Part shown: piece after piece, positions 9,091 to 18,252 of the stretch
How positions within the stretch are numbered: position 1 is the first letter of the stretch
How the letters are laid out: each line of letters begins with the position of its first letter
DNA from: an uncultured Planctomycetales bacterium
Lineage (GTDB): Bacteria > Omnitrophota > Gorgyraeia > Zapsychrales > JANLHA01
Assembly (NCBI GenBank): GCA_964489065.1
Contig: CAZAXH010000002.1
Span: 278,177 to 342,176, forward strand
Direction of reading: 5' to 3'
DNA: 64,000 nucleotides
Notes under the pieces: model-generated
What the model was told of the DNA's origin: nothing
Seen by the model: only the letters and a program-made list of their open reading frames with translations
The model's database searches: none
Position numbers and translations under genes: made by a program

Positions 9091-10196
9091 TGCAAGACCG
9101 CGTGGCGAGGGAGGAGTATTATATGCAGTTGGCCTATGAACTGGCTTTAAAAGGCCGAGGGAAAACATCCCCTAATCCTATGGTAGGCGCGGTGATTGTG
9201 AAACATAACCGCGTCATCGGCCGGGGCTGGCATCGCCGTTGCGGAGGCCCACATGCGGAAATTCTGGCGATGCGTCAGGCCGGCCCTCGCGCCGTCAAGG
9301 ATGCGGCGCTTTATGTCACCCTGGAACCGTGTTTCGTCCATGGCCGCACCCCGCCCTGCGTGGACGCGGTGATCGCCTCCGGCATTAAAACGGTCGTGAT
9401 CGGGGTGAAGGATCCCAATCCTGCGACGCACGGCAAGTCCATCAGGAAATTGCGCCGGGCCGGGATTGCGGTGCGGGTGGGTGTCCTCTCCGGCTGCCTG
9501 ACGGAAATGAACACAGCCTTTGAGAAATATATCCTGACCGGAATGCCGTGGGTTGTGGCTAAGACAGCCCAGACTCTTGACGGTAAGATTGCGTCTTCCA
9601 CCGGCCATTCGCAGTGGATCACTTCCCCGCAGGCCCGCCGGTTCGCCCGGACACTCCGCAACGAATTTGACGCCATTATGGTAGGTGTGGAAACGGTTCT
9701 GAAAGATGATCCGGCTTTGAACCCGGATTCTCCCCGGCGGCCGTTAAAAAAAATTGTGGTTGACAGCCGTTTGCGCACACCGTTGCACGCCCGGCTTTTC
9801 CAGGGGAGCGATCCGGGGGATTGCTGGCTGGCCACCTCGGCTCTGGCTGATCCGGCCCGCGTTGAACGGTACCGTCGCCGGGGGCATGAAGTTATGATTT
9901 GCCCGGGCCGGCAGGGCCAGGTTGATTTACCTTGGTTATTCCGTTCCCTCCCTCAAAAGGGTGTGACCAGTGTCCTGATTGAAGGGGGGGCTCGTCTGAT
10001 CGGCTCCGCGTTAAAAGACAAACTGGTGGACCGGATGCATGTTTATATCGCTCCCGCGATTTTGGGGGACGCCGGCGGTTTGAGTTCGGTCGTCGGGTTT
10101 CAACGGCTCAAGATCAATGAATGCACCCGGCTGTCCTGGTTGCATTCCCGCTTGATCGGTCAGGATATGTTTATTCAGGCCCAAGTGAATTATTAG
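9090..10196 (+). CDS. ribD: bifunctional diaminohydroxyphosphoribosylaminopyrimidine deaminase / 5-amino-6-(5-phosphoribosylamino)uracil reductase
   Basis: CMP/dCMP-type deaminase zinc motifs (HAEILA ... PCVHGRTPPC) followed by a RibD C-terminal reductase domain. An alternative start at 9123 sits behind a GAGGGAGGAG RBS. Confidence 0.9.
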   Translation: MQDRVAREEYYMQLAYELALKGRGKTSPNPMVGAVIVKHNRVIGRGWHRRCGGPHAEILAMRQAGPRAVKDAALYVTLEPCFVHGRTPPCVDAVIASGIKTVVIGVKDPNPATHGKSIRKLRRAGIAVRVGVLSGCLTEMNTAFEKYILTGMPWVVAKTAQTLDGKIASSTGHSQWITSPQARRFARTLRNEFDAIMVGVETVLKDDPALNPDSPRRPLKKIVVDSRLRTPLHARLFQGSDPGDCWLATSALADPARVERYRRRGHEVMICPGRQGQVDLPWLFRSLPQKGVTSVLIEGGARLIGSALKDKLVDRMHVYIAPAILGDAGGLSSVVGFQRLKINECTRLSWLHSRLIGQDMFIQAQVNY

Positions 10197-10210
10197 GGAA
10201 GGAGTCTTTT

Positions 10211-10810
10211 ATGTTTTCAGGAATTGTGGAAGAATATGGCGTGATCCAGAGTGTGCAGAAGAAGGAAAACCTTTTTGTTTTGGCTGTCCAGGGGAACAGA
10301 GTCCTGGGCGGCACGAAGGTCGGGGACAGCATTTGCGTGAACGGGGTATGCTTGACAGTCACGGGGAAAACACAAAAGCTGTTGATGTTTGACCTGATGA
10401 AGGAGACACTGGTGGCCACCAGTCTGAAGAATGCCGGGCCGGGCGGGAAGGTGAACCTGGAACGGTCGCTTAAAATGAGCAGCCGGATTGGAGGGCACTT
10501 CGTGACCGGACATGTTGACGGAACCGGCGAGATCCGTAAAATCGTGACCCTGCCGAATTATGTGGAATTCCGTATCAGCGCCCCGCGGGACCTTATGAAA
10601 TATATCGCCCCGAAGGGCTCGGTCGCCGTTGACGGCGTCAGCCTGACTATCGGCCGCGTGACCCGGGATTATTTCAGTGTTTATCTTATCCCGCACACCC
10701 TGGAGGTGACCACGTTTGGCCAGACCCGGGAAGGGGATCAGGTCAATTTAGAGACGGACATCCTGGCGAAATATTTGTTGCACAGTAATAGTTACTTGAA
10801 TTTGAAATAA
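10211..10810 (+). CDS. ribE: riboflavin synthase (alpha subunit)
   Basis: MFSGIVEE N-terminus and the duplicated lumazine-binding repeat (GxxxxVNGVCLTV / SVAVDGVSLT). GGGAAGGAG RBS before the ATG at 10211. Confidence 0.9.
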   Translation: MFSGIVEEYGVIQSVQKKENLFVLAVQGNRVLGGTKVGDSICVNGVCLTVTGKTQKLLMFDLMKETLVATSLKNAGPGGKVNLERSLKMSSRIGGHFVTGHVDGTGEIRKIVTLPNYVEFRISAPRDLMKYIAPKGSVAVDGVSLTIGRVTRDYFSVYLIPHTLEVTTFGQTREGDQVNLETDILAKYLLHSNSYLNLK

Positions 10811-10835
10811 TACGGATTTCCTTTATAATAATATT

Positions 10836-12077
10836 ATGAAAAAAATCGTAATTACCGGACTTGGTGTCCTCGCCTCGAACGGCCAGGGCAAAGACAATTT
10901 CTGGAGAGCCCTGCAGGAGGGGGTCGCCGGATATGGCCCGCTCACGGTGTTTGACCCTGAACCCTTCCGGGTGAAACAGGCGGCGGAGATTAAGGATTTT
11001 GACGCCAAGGTTTACTTGGGGCCGAAGGGGCTCCGGACCCTGGACCGCAGCAGCCGCTTGGCGGTTTCCGCGACGAAATGCGCAATTGAAGACAGCGGTT
11101 TTCAAATTGATGACGCCAACAGCGATGACGTGGGGGTGGCCCTCGGAACGACGTTCGGGAGCCTGCAGAGCATCGTGGATTTCGACACGGTGATTCTTAA
11201 AGAAGGGCCGCGTTATACCAACCCGGGCCTGTTTCCTAATACCGTGATTAATGCTCCCGGAAGCCAGATTTCTATCTGGCATAATATCCAGGGGTTTAAC
11301 ACCACGATTGCGACAGGCTTCACCGCGAGCCTGGACGCCATGAAATATGCTTATGATTTCCTGCAACTGGGCCGGGTTAAGGTTGTGTATACCGGGGGAC
11401 TGGAGGAACTCTGCTGGCCCACGTTTATGGGCTTCCATTCTTTGCAATTTCTGTCTGGATCCCGGGAAGGTCAGCCGTTTGTGAATTGTCCGTTTGATCT
11501 CCGTCGAAACGGGATTACTCTTGGGGAAGGGGCTTGCGTGGTGGCGATGGAAGATTACGACCACGCCGTTAAACGGGGTGCCCGCATCATGGCGGAGGTG
11601 TTGTCGTTTGGTCATTATTTTGATCCGTACCGGATTAATAAATACAATCCGCGGGGGACGGGCATGGGGAAGGCGATGCGGGCGGCCCTGGACGAAGCCG
11701 GCCTGGAGGCTGGGGATATTGATTATATTTGCGCCAACGCCAATTCCACTTTGGCGGCGGATAAAATCGAAAGCCAGGCGATTCAGGATGTTTTCGGCGC
11801 CCGGGCCAAGACGATTCCGGTCAGCGCGGTCAAGTCTATGGTGGGGGAATGTTATAGCGCTTCGGGGGCCTTAGCTGTGGCCGCCGGCCTGGGCGCTCTG
11901 GAAAAGGACTTTATCCCGCCGACGATTAATTATGCGAACCCTGATCCTGACTGCCTGCTGGATGTCGTTCCCAATACAGCCCGGTCAGCCCGGTTGAACA
12001 GGATTTTAATCAATAATTTCAGCCCTACGGGAAATCAGGCCTGCCTGGTGATAGCCCGGGCAGGGAGTGCCGTATGA
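10836..12077 (+). CDS. beta-ketoacyl-ACP synthase II (FabF)-like protein with all three catalytic triad residues substituted; predicted non-catalytic KAS paralog
   Basis: Aligns collinearly with E. coli FabF across its length. The active-site Cys position (IATAC in FabF) reads IATGF, the first His (NAHGTST) reads NANST, and the second His (KSMTGH) reads KSMVGE. Confidence 0.8.
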   Translation: MKKIVITGLGVLASNGQGKDNFWRALQEGVAGYGPLTVFDPEPFRVKQAAEIKDFDAKVYLGPKGLRTLDRSSRLAVSATKCAIEDSGFQIDDANSDDVGVALGTTFGSLQSIVDFDTVILKEGPRYTNPGLFPNTVINAPGSQISIWHNIQGFNTTIATGFTASLDAMKYAYDFLQLGRVKVVYTGGLEELCWPTFMGFHSLQFLSGSREGQPFVNCPFDLRRNGITLGEGACVVAMEDYDHAVKRGARIMAEVLSFGHYFDPYRINKYNPRGTGMGKAMRAALDEAGLEAGDIDYICANANSTLAADKIESQAIQDVFGARAKTIPVSAVKSMVGECYSASGALAVAAGLGALEKDFIPPTINYANPDPDCLLDVVPNTARSARLNRILINNFSPTGNQACLVIARAGSAV

Positions 12078-12826
12078 CACAGGCTTTCAAAGGAAAAGTG
12101 GCGGTTGTGACCGGCGGCTCCCGGGGGATTGGCCGGGCGATTGCCCTGATGTTCGCCGGGGAAGGTGCGGATGTCGCGTTCAGTTATTACACCCGGACCG
12201 AGGCGGCTGAATCTTTGGAGAAAGAGATCCTCGCGCGTGGCGTCCGGTGTGATAAGGCCTGCGTCGACGTGAAGGATTTCGCCGGTGTCAAAGAATGGAT
12301 TGCCGGGGTTAAGGAGCGTCTGGGCGGCGTAGATATTCTGGTGAACAACGCCGGGATCGTCCAGGATAAAGCGCTTATGCTCATGTCGCCGGAAGACTGG
12401 CAGGCGGTTATTGATACGAACTTAACCGGGATGTTTAACGTGACCCGGGCCTGCATCGTGACGTTTTTAAAACAGAAAAGCGGACAGATCATTCAGGTTT
12501 CTTCCGTCAGCGGGGTTGTGGGGCTTCCCCGGCAGACCAATTATTCCGCCTCCAAGGGCGGAGTGAACGCTTTTACAAAATCTTTGGCCAAGGAAGTCGC
12601 CGCTTACGGGATCCGGGTCAACGCGGTGGCTCCCGGGTATATTGAGACCGATATCCTGTCCGGCCTTTCTGAGGAGCAAAGGGAGACGTTCCTGAAAAAT
12701 ATTCCGCTGGGCCGGCTCGGCCGACCGGAAGAAGTGGCGGCTTGCGTGAAGTTTCTCGTGAGCAAAGCCGCGCAGTATATTACGGGCCAGGTGATTCAGA
12801 TGGATGGGGGCTTGGCGATCCGGTAA
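12074..12826 (+). CDS. fabG: 3-oxoacyl-ACP reductase (SDR family)
   Basis: TGGSRGIGRAIA Rossmann motif, NNAG, and a catalytic S ... YSASK triad. ATGA overlap with the upstream KAS-like gene. Confidence 0.85.
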   Translation: MTQAFKGKVAVVTGGSRGIGRAIALMFAGEGADVAFSYYTRTEAAESLEKEILARGVRCDKACVDVKDFAGVKEWIAGVKERLGGVDILVNNAGIVQDKALMLMSPEDWQAVIDTNLTGMFNVTRACIVTFLKQKSGQIIQVSSVSGVVGLPRQTNYSASKGGVNAFTKSLAKEVAAYGIRVNAVAPGYIETDILSGLSEEQRETFLKNIPLGRLGRPEEVAACVKFLVSKAAQYITGQVIQMDGGLAIR

Positions 12827-12885
12827 GTTTGAGTTATAATAAATTTTTTTCTTGTCAATAAAACCAATGAGGAATGGAGTCTGTC

Positions 12886-13320
12886 ATGGAATTAAGTGTT
12901 TGTGATATTCAGAAAATTATCCCGCATCGTTTCCCGTTTCTTTTGATTGACAGGGTGCTGGACATCCGCCCTAACGAGAAATTAGTGGCTTTAAAAAACG
13001 TGTCGATTAACGAGCAGTTTTTTGTCGGTCATTTCCCGGAAGAGAAGGTTATGCCTGGGGTTCTGATGATTGAAGCTATGGCGCAGGCGGGCTGCATTTA
13101 CTTTTATTACAGCAAGAATATGCAGGGCAAGAAGCTCACCTATTATCTGGCCAAGGTCACGGCCAAGTTCCATAAACCGGTTGTGCCGGGCGATCAATTG
13201 ATCATGGAAGTTACGACCATCAAGATGCTGCCGAAAGCCGGGTTTTTGAGAACTAAAGCCATGGTGGGAGAGTCTGTGGTGGCGGAAGCGGAAATCGGGT
13301 TTGGCATTAAAGAATCTTAA
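12886..13320 (+). CDS. fabZ: 3-hydroxyacyl-ACP dehydratase
   Basis: HRFPFLLIDRV ... FFVGHFP hot-dog motifs with the catalytic His and Glu. The ATG at 12886 is preferred (GGAG 7 nt upstream). Confidence 0.85.
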   Translation: MELSVCDIQKIIPHRFPFLLIDRVLDIRPNEKLVALKNVSINEQFFVGHFPEEKVMPGVLMIEAMAQAGCIYFYYSKNMQGKKLTYYLAKVTAKFHKPVVPGDQLIMEVTTIKMLPKAGFLRTKAMVGESVVAEAEIGFGIKES

Positions 13321-13356
13321 CGAAAAAATTGGGCTGTTTTTTTTCAGACTCAAAAA

Positions 13357-13383
13357 GGCAATCCGGAGGGATTGTCCTTTTTT
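13357..13383 (+). terminator. Rho-independent terminator after fabZ
   Basis: GGCAATCC-GGAG-GGATTGTCC hairpin followed by TTTTTT. Confidence 0.6.
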
Positions 13384-13397
13384 ATGATTGAGAACGC

Positions 13398-14672
13398 ATG
13401 ACAAGACGACCGCTTCAGGAAAATATGGGGCAGCACAATCCTTCCGTTATCGTGGTCGGCGGGGGCCCGGCCGGGATTATGGCCGCCATCAGGGCCGCTC
13501 AATTGGGCGCGAGCGTTGTGTTGCTGGAAAAAAATACGGGCCTTGGACGGAAACTGTTATTGACCGGGAAAGGCCGGTGTAACCTTACGAATGCCGCGGA
13601 CCTGGATGTTTTTTTGCTCAGTTATGGCGCTCATGGGGCTTTTTTGCGGGATGTCTTTAAAAAGTTTTTTAATGCCGAATTGATGCGGTTTTTTGAGGCG
13701 CGGGGCGTTGCTGTAAAAGTAGAGAGGCAGAAACGGGTTTTTCCCGTTTCCGACCGGGCTGGAAGCATCCTGGAAGCCTTAAAAAAGGAATTAAAGGCCT
13801 GCCATGTCAAGGTGCTGTCCCGGACAGAAGTCAGGGATGTCCTCGTGGAGCAGTCGGCCGCCGCAGGGGTGATTTTAACAACGGGGCAACAACTGAAGGG
13901 CGGGCGTGTGATTCTGGCCACCGGAGGGAAATCCTATCCTTTGACCGGATCAACGGGAGAAGGGACCCGGATGGCGGCCCGGTGCGGGCACCGGATCACC
14001 CCTTTACGCCCGGCGCTGGTTGGGCTGGAAACGCGGCAGACTTTCCCGGGAGACCTGCGGGGCCTGACCCTTAAAAATGTTCGCCTCTGCTTTTCAAACG
14101 GCAAGAATCATATCGTTTCAGAAATCGGTGAGTTGCTGTTCACCGATTTCGGGATATCAGGGCCGCTTGTGCTGACCCATAGCGGCCGGGTCGTAGACTG
14201 GGTGAATGCGTCCTCTCCGGTGACCGTGTCTTTGGACCTGAAACCTTCGTTGACAGAAGCCACGCTAAGTCACCGTTTCTTGAATAATGTGCGGGAGTCC
14301 CGTCACCAGAAGCTGAAAAACGCCTTGAAAGATTATTTACCGGCCCGGTTTGTGGATGTCTTTCTCCGGCAGGCGGGGGTATCTCCGGATAAAGCGCTTT
14401 ACCAGGTCAGCCCGGTGGAACAGAAGGCTCTACTCCGGCTTTTTAAGGACTTTAAAATGGATATCAAGGGCTTCCGAAGTTTTATGGAAGCGATGGTGAC
14501 TCAGGGCGGGGTGGACCTCCGGGATATCAATCCTCGGACCATGGAGTCCCGGCTGATTCGGGGGTTGTTTTTTGCCGGGGAGCTGATCGATATTGACGGG
14601 ACCACCGGAGGTTTTAACCTGCAGGCGGCTTTTTCCACCGGTTATATGGCGGGGGAAAAAGCCGCTGTATAG
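13398..14672 (+). CDS. NAD(P)/FAD-dependent flavoprotein of the HI0933/aminoacetone-oxidase-like family
   Basis: N-terminal VIVVGGGPAGIMAAIRAA dinucleotide-binding motif, a C-terminal GGxxxxxGxxAG-type motif, and a length of 424 aa. Confidence 0.8.
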   Translation: MTRRPLQENMGQHNPSVIVVGGGPAGIMAAIRAAQLGASVVLLEKNTGLGRKLLLTGKGRCNLTNAADLDVFLLSYGAHGAFLRDVFKKFFNAELMRFFEARGVAVKVERQKRVFPVSDRAGSILEALKKELKACHVKVLSRTEVRDVLVEQSAAAGVILTTGQQLKGGRVILATGGKSYPLTGSTGEGTRMAARCGHRITPLRPALVGLETRQTFPGDLRGLTLKNVRLCFSNGKNHIVSEIGELLFTDFGISGPLVLTHSGRVVDWVNASSPVTVSLDLKPSLTEATLSHRFLNNVRESRHQKLKNALKDYLPARFVDVFLRQAGVSPDKALYQVSPVEQKALLRLFKDFKMDIKGFRSFMEAMVTQGGVDLRDINPRTMESRLIRGLFFAGELIDIDGTTGGFNLQAAFSTGYMAGEKAAV

Positions 14673-14870
14673 CCATTATTTTCGCTTTGAATCCTGCCTT
14701 TGTTGCCCGGTTAGGACTGGGCCCCCCGGGGGGAAGATGTTTTCTCTCTTGTCGTCCCGTCCTGGGTTTTTAGGGCGCCTTCCTTATAAAAGCACAAATC
14801 CCCTTACGTCTGCGGTGTTTCTATGCTACACTTTGACTAGAGTAAACTGGTTTTTAAGGGGGGACTGGAG

Positions 14871-15455
14871 ATGCGTTTCCTTATTGTATCCATTCTTTTT
14901 CTTGGCGTGCCGGTGTGCGCCTTTGCCCAGGAGGTCGTCAGGAAGACGAAGGTCATCCGGGGGGAGGAATGCCTGATCGACGTGTTTTATAAAGACGGGC
15001 AGGAAGTCGGTCTGCAGCGGAGGACCGCGGACGGGGAAAAAGAGGTCGAAGGGAATATCCCCGAGGGGAAAGTGAAATTCATTGACCAGACCACAGGTAC
15101 ATATGGAGAAGAGTATTATAAACGGGGGCAAAAACACGGTGTAAGCCGGACATATTTCCCGACCGGGGAATTGATGAAGGAAGTCTATTACATTAAGGGG
15201 ATATTAATAACGGAAAAGGAATTCTTTAAAAACGGCCAGGTGCGTTTTGAGGCGGATTATTCACGGATGTGTGATAGTTGTAAGGGCGGGCATGAAAAAG
15301 GGGCCGGAAAAATTTTTTACTCTGACGGGAAATTAAAATATGAATGGAACTTTAACGTTGAGCAGGATAAAGGGTATCAGCGCGCGTACACGCGAGAGGG
15401 GGAATTGCGTTTTGAAGCGTATTATGACCGGGAGGGCCGGCGCCTTGATGAATAG
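14871..15455 (+). CDS. secreted MORN-repeat-variant (YwqK-family-like) protein
   Basis: Signal peptide (MRFLIVSILFLGVPVCAFAQE) followed by repeated Y-x-x-G-x-x-x-G-x-x-x-x-Y/F units of about 23 aa. Confidence 0.65.
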   Translation: MRFLIVSILFLGVPVCAFAQEVVRKTKVIRGEECLIDVFYKDGQEVGLQRRTADGEKEVEGNIPEGKVKFIDQTTGTYGEEYYKRGQKHGVSRTYFPTGELMKEVYYIKGILITEKEFFKNGQVRFEADYSRMCDSCKGGHEKGAGKIFYSDGKLKYEWNFNVEQDKGYQRAYTREGELRFEAYYDREGRRLDE

Positions 15456-15483
15456 ACACGCTTATCGAATTGTCGGGAAAAGA

Positions 15484-15960
15484 ATGAAACCGGTCGGGCG
15501 GTTCCCGATTGATAACAGAGGGATTTCCTTGACAGAAATCCTGATCTGCGCCGGGATCCTGGTGGTTGTTTTGACGGGGCTGTTCCGGCTTTTTATTTAT
15601 TCCACGGAGCTCAATGACATGTCACGTAATATAACGGTCGCGATGTCAGAGGTTCAGGGGAAAGTGGAGGAAATCCGTAATTATAATTTTAATTTGCTAA
15701 CCACGGATTATGTTTCAGGCGGAACGCCGGGAGATAAGTTTGCTTTGTCTCAAGTGACGGGGATGGGCGTGATTGCAATAGACGCGAGTAATTCTAAGCT
15801 TTTAGGAATTAGAATCGTGGCCTGCTGGCGTAACCAGAACGGCCGGGTGATCGGGGAAGATCAGAATTTAAACGGCACTCTGGATACGGGAGAGGATTTA
15901 AACGGGAACGGAGCCATTGATTCTCCGGCCGTTATTGAAACGTATGTCCCCAGGCTTTAG
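15484..15960 (+). CDS. prepilin-type N-terminal cleavage/methylation-domain protein (minor pilin / pseudopilin-like)
   Basis: RG-ISLTEILICAGILVVVL class-III signal with Glu at position +5 and a hydrophobic helix. C-terminal DxNxNG Ca-binding-like loops. The start at 15484 (after a GGGAAAAG RBS) is preferred over the overlapping 15340. Confidence 0.6.
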   Translation: MKPVGRFPIDNRGISLTEILICAGILVVVLTGLFRLFIYSTELNDMSRNITVAMSEVQGKVEEIRNYNFNLLTTDYVSGGTPGDKFALSQVTGMGVIAIDASNSKLLGIRIVACWRNQNGRVIGEDQNLNGTLDTGEDLNGNGAIDSPAVIETYVPRL

Positions 15961-15989
15961 GGGGCAGGGCGTTCCTAGGGAGGGAAAGG

Positions 15990-16547
15990 ATGTTCTGGAT
16001 GACGAAAGACAGTGTTAAAAAAATGTCCCGGTTCTCTTTGACCCGCGTTTCCGGCTTGACCCTGGTGGAGATTTTGGTGACGGTGGTCGTGTATTCGGTC
16101 GTGATGACCGCGGCGTATTCGGTTTTAACCTCTGGTATCATGACGTGGCAGGTGAATAATGTTAAAGTGGAGCTGCAGCAGGATTTGCGCAAGGCGATGG
16201 ATTGGATGATGCTGGATTTGAGGCAGGCTGGAGCGGTTTCGATTGACGACGTTCCTGTTTCCAACAGCTGGTCGACGGTCATCACGTTTAGTGTGGCCAA
16301 CGGCGTGTCCGGGGGGGGGACCACTTGGACGAGTGATAAAATTAAATATTACCTTTCAGGCGCGTTGTTAAAACGGCAGTACGGGGCGTCCGTCCGTGAT
16401 ATCGCACAGGACATTAGTGTGCTTCAGGTCAGACGGCCGGTTTTGGCCCCGAATACGGTGGAGGTGAATTTGCAGGCGCAAAGGCAGACGACCCAGGGAC
16501 ATACTGTACAGTTGAACCAGTCGTTTGTGGTTAAGTTGAGGAATTAA
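15990..16547 (+). CDS. prepilin-type N-terminal cleavage/methylation-domain protein (PilW/PilV-like minor pilin)
   Basis: SG-LTLVEILVTVVVYSVVM class-III signal peptide with E+5. An alternative start lies at 16023. Confidence 0.6.
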   Translation: MFWMTKDSVKKMSRFSLTRVSGLTLVEILVTVVVYSVVMTAAYSVLTSGIMTWQVNNVKVELQQDLRKAMDWMMLDLRQAGAVSIDDVPVSNSWSTVITFSVANGVSGGGTTWTSDKIKYYLSGALLKRQYGASVRDIAQDISVLQVRRPVLAPNTVEVNLQAQRQTTQGHTVQLNQSFVVKLRN

Positions 16548-16571
16548 AGGGGGCTGGAAAGGAAGCGGATC

Positions 16572-18116
16572 ATGAAAGTCAATAATGAGCGAGGCAGTTT
16601 ATTGGTGATGACGTTGCTTCTGGTGGTGGTGCTTTTGACGTTGGGCTCGGCCTTTGTAGCCATGAGCATGACGGAGAACCGGATTGCCGAACGGGAACGT
16701 CGGAGCGTGGTCGCCTTTCACATCGCGGAAGCGGGAATCGCGCGGGCCGTCTATGATTTGCGGGAGGATTTTTGGAACGATTCCTCCAGCCCGAGCTGGG
16801 CGGACGGAGATATAAACGGCAACGCCGTCAATCTCCCGGACACAACGAATTTTTATCCGATGCCGTATGCCAGCACATCGCTGAATGGCGGCTCTTATTT
16901 GGTTCAGGTGAAAAAGGAAACGGCAGACGGCCGGGCTGTTTCGATGCGGGCCACAGGGACTTTGGGCGATGCGTCGGAAACCATTCAGGTCTATGCCAGG
17001 ATGACATCGGTGTCCCCGTGGGATAATGCGATTTTTGCCGGGACCGGAGCTGACCCGGGGACCGGGGCGACCACGATCGCCGGATGCGTTAACATCAGCG
17101 GTTCGGTGCATATTTTGGGTACGGGGTTGGCCAGTACGGATTACGCCGTGGAGCTGGGAGGGACCGCCGAGTTGATCGGAAATAATTATTCCTCTTTGTC
17201 ATCAGACCTCCGGCGGCGGTTGCCCGCGCTCCCCACCACGGTTTTTAACGGGGAAACGGTGGAAACCCTGAGCGCGGTCCTCCGGGTGAAGCACGGCCTT
17301 GTGGTTTTGGACGGCAGTTCTTCGGTCGGCGTTTCAGATGTCCCGGGCAACTCCGTGAAAGAAACCGCGGACGCGGTTTACAGCACGGACGGGTTTGCCG
17401 GGAATTCCGGCATCGCCAATGTTTATTCTGACAACGGCTGGTCCAACGCCTATGATATGGGAGACGATATTTCGTTCCCCAGCCTTTCCGACCCGTATGG
17501 CGGGTACGCCAGTTATCAGCAGTATCTCCGGGATAATGCCTATGTGATTTCTGCCCCGGCTGATCTGGCCCTTTTGGCCAACATTACCTCTGCGTCAAGT
17601 TTTACGTTAACGGACGCGGGTGGGAAAGGCAGCATCAGTATGGACGGCAGTGGCCATTTAACCGTGGACGGGATCATTTATGTTGAAGGCGGGAACATGA
17701 GTTTTGGCGGAGGGAGTGACATCATTTATACGGGGAAAGCCTCTATTTTGGTCACCGGCAATATTAACGTGGAGACGAATTTAGTGACCCCGGCCGTCCC
17801 TGTCGGCGGGGAACACAATTTTCCGTATGTGCCGTCTACCGGGGATGAAAATATTATTGGGTTCATGACCCCGAATAACATTGCGCTTGGAACATCCTCT
17901 CAACTGGATGTTATGGGCCTTTTTTACGGGGAAACTAAAATCTCCATCAATAAACAGACGGATTTGATGGGGTCGATTGTGACCAACTTTTTTGACCTGA
18001 CTGGCCAGGTCCCGAACATTTATCAGGTTCCGGAGGCGAAAAATTATCTTCCTCCGGGCATGATCGGATCCACCGGAGGCTGGAATATGGCCCTGTTGTC
18101 CTGGCGGCGGATATAA
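16572..18116 (+). CDS. PilX-N-terminal-domain protein fused to a Gly/Ser/Thr-rich predicted beta-helical C-terminal domain
   Basis: N-terminus MKVNNERGSLLVMTLLLVVVLLTLGSAFVAMSMTENRIAERERRSVVAFHIAEAG matches the PilX_N pattern (RG ... hydrophobic ... E.R.A.N.R ... AF.AAEA). The remaining ~430 aa are G/S/T/N-rich repeats. Confidence 0.65.
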   Translation: MKVNNERGSLLVMTLLLVVVLLTLGSAFVAMSMTENRIAERERRSVVAFHIAEAGIARAVYDLREDFWNDSSSPSWADGDINGNAVNLPDTTNFYPMPYASTSLNGGSYLVQVKKETADGRAVSMRATGTLGDASETIQVYARMTSVSPWDNAIFAGTGADPGTGATTIAGCVNISGSVHILGTGLASTDYAVELGGTAELIGNNYSSLSSDLRRRLPALPTTVFNGETVETLSAVLRVKHGLVVLDGSSSVGVSDVPGNSVKETADAVYSTDGFAGNSGIANVYSDNGWSNAYDMGDDISFPSLSDPYGGYASYQQYLRDNAYVISAPADLALLANITSASSFTLTDAGGKGSISMDGSGHLTVDGIIYVEGGNMSFGGGSDIIYTGKASILVTGNINVETNLVTPAVPVGGEHNFPYVPSTGDENIIGFMTPNNIALGTSSQLDVMGLFYGETKISINKQTDLMGSIVTNFFDLTGQVPNIYQVPEAKNYLPPGMIGSTGGWNMALLSWRRI

Positions 18117-18184
18117 TGGCCTTCTTCTTGGCCGGATGGATAAGTTCCTGAATCCCTTCTTTTCACCAGTTCAGAGGGCTACTG

Positions 18185-18213
18185 TTGACGTCTTTGATGG
18201 TTAATGGTAAAAT
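18185..18213 (+). promoter_or_regulatory. promoter candidate for tRNA-Pro (TTGACG-17-TAAAAT)
   Basis: TTGACG at 18185-18190 and TAAAAT at 18208-18213, about 40 nt upstream of the tRNA. Confidence 0.4.
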
Positions 18214-18252
18214 GTTATTCTTCTTTTTTAGATTTTCCTTTCGTGTTGATCT

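Noticed and set aside
10743-11615. 290-aa minus-strand ORF opposite the KAS-like gene. Similar long antisense ORFs lie at 20155-20859 (opposite ligA), 42073-42981 (opposite ftsA), 49012-49866 (opposite xseA), 62067-62801 (opposite gcvPB), 35261-35935 (opposite murD), 40578-41207 (opposite ddl) and 57618-58130.
   Set aside because: Each lies entirely inside a plus-strand gene with unambiguous family motifs. Their translations are Arg/Pro/Gly-rich low-complexity strings typical of antisense frames in GC-rich DNA. They have no RBS and no recognisable domains.
14593-14976. 127-aa ORF spanning the end of the flavoprotein gene and the start of the MORN gene
   Set aside because: It overlaps two supported genes out of frame, and its middle part covers an intergenic promoter region. 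No motifs.
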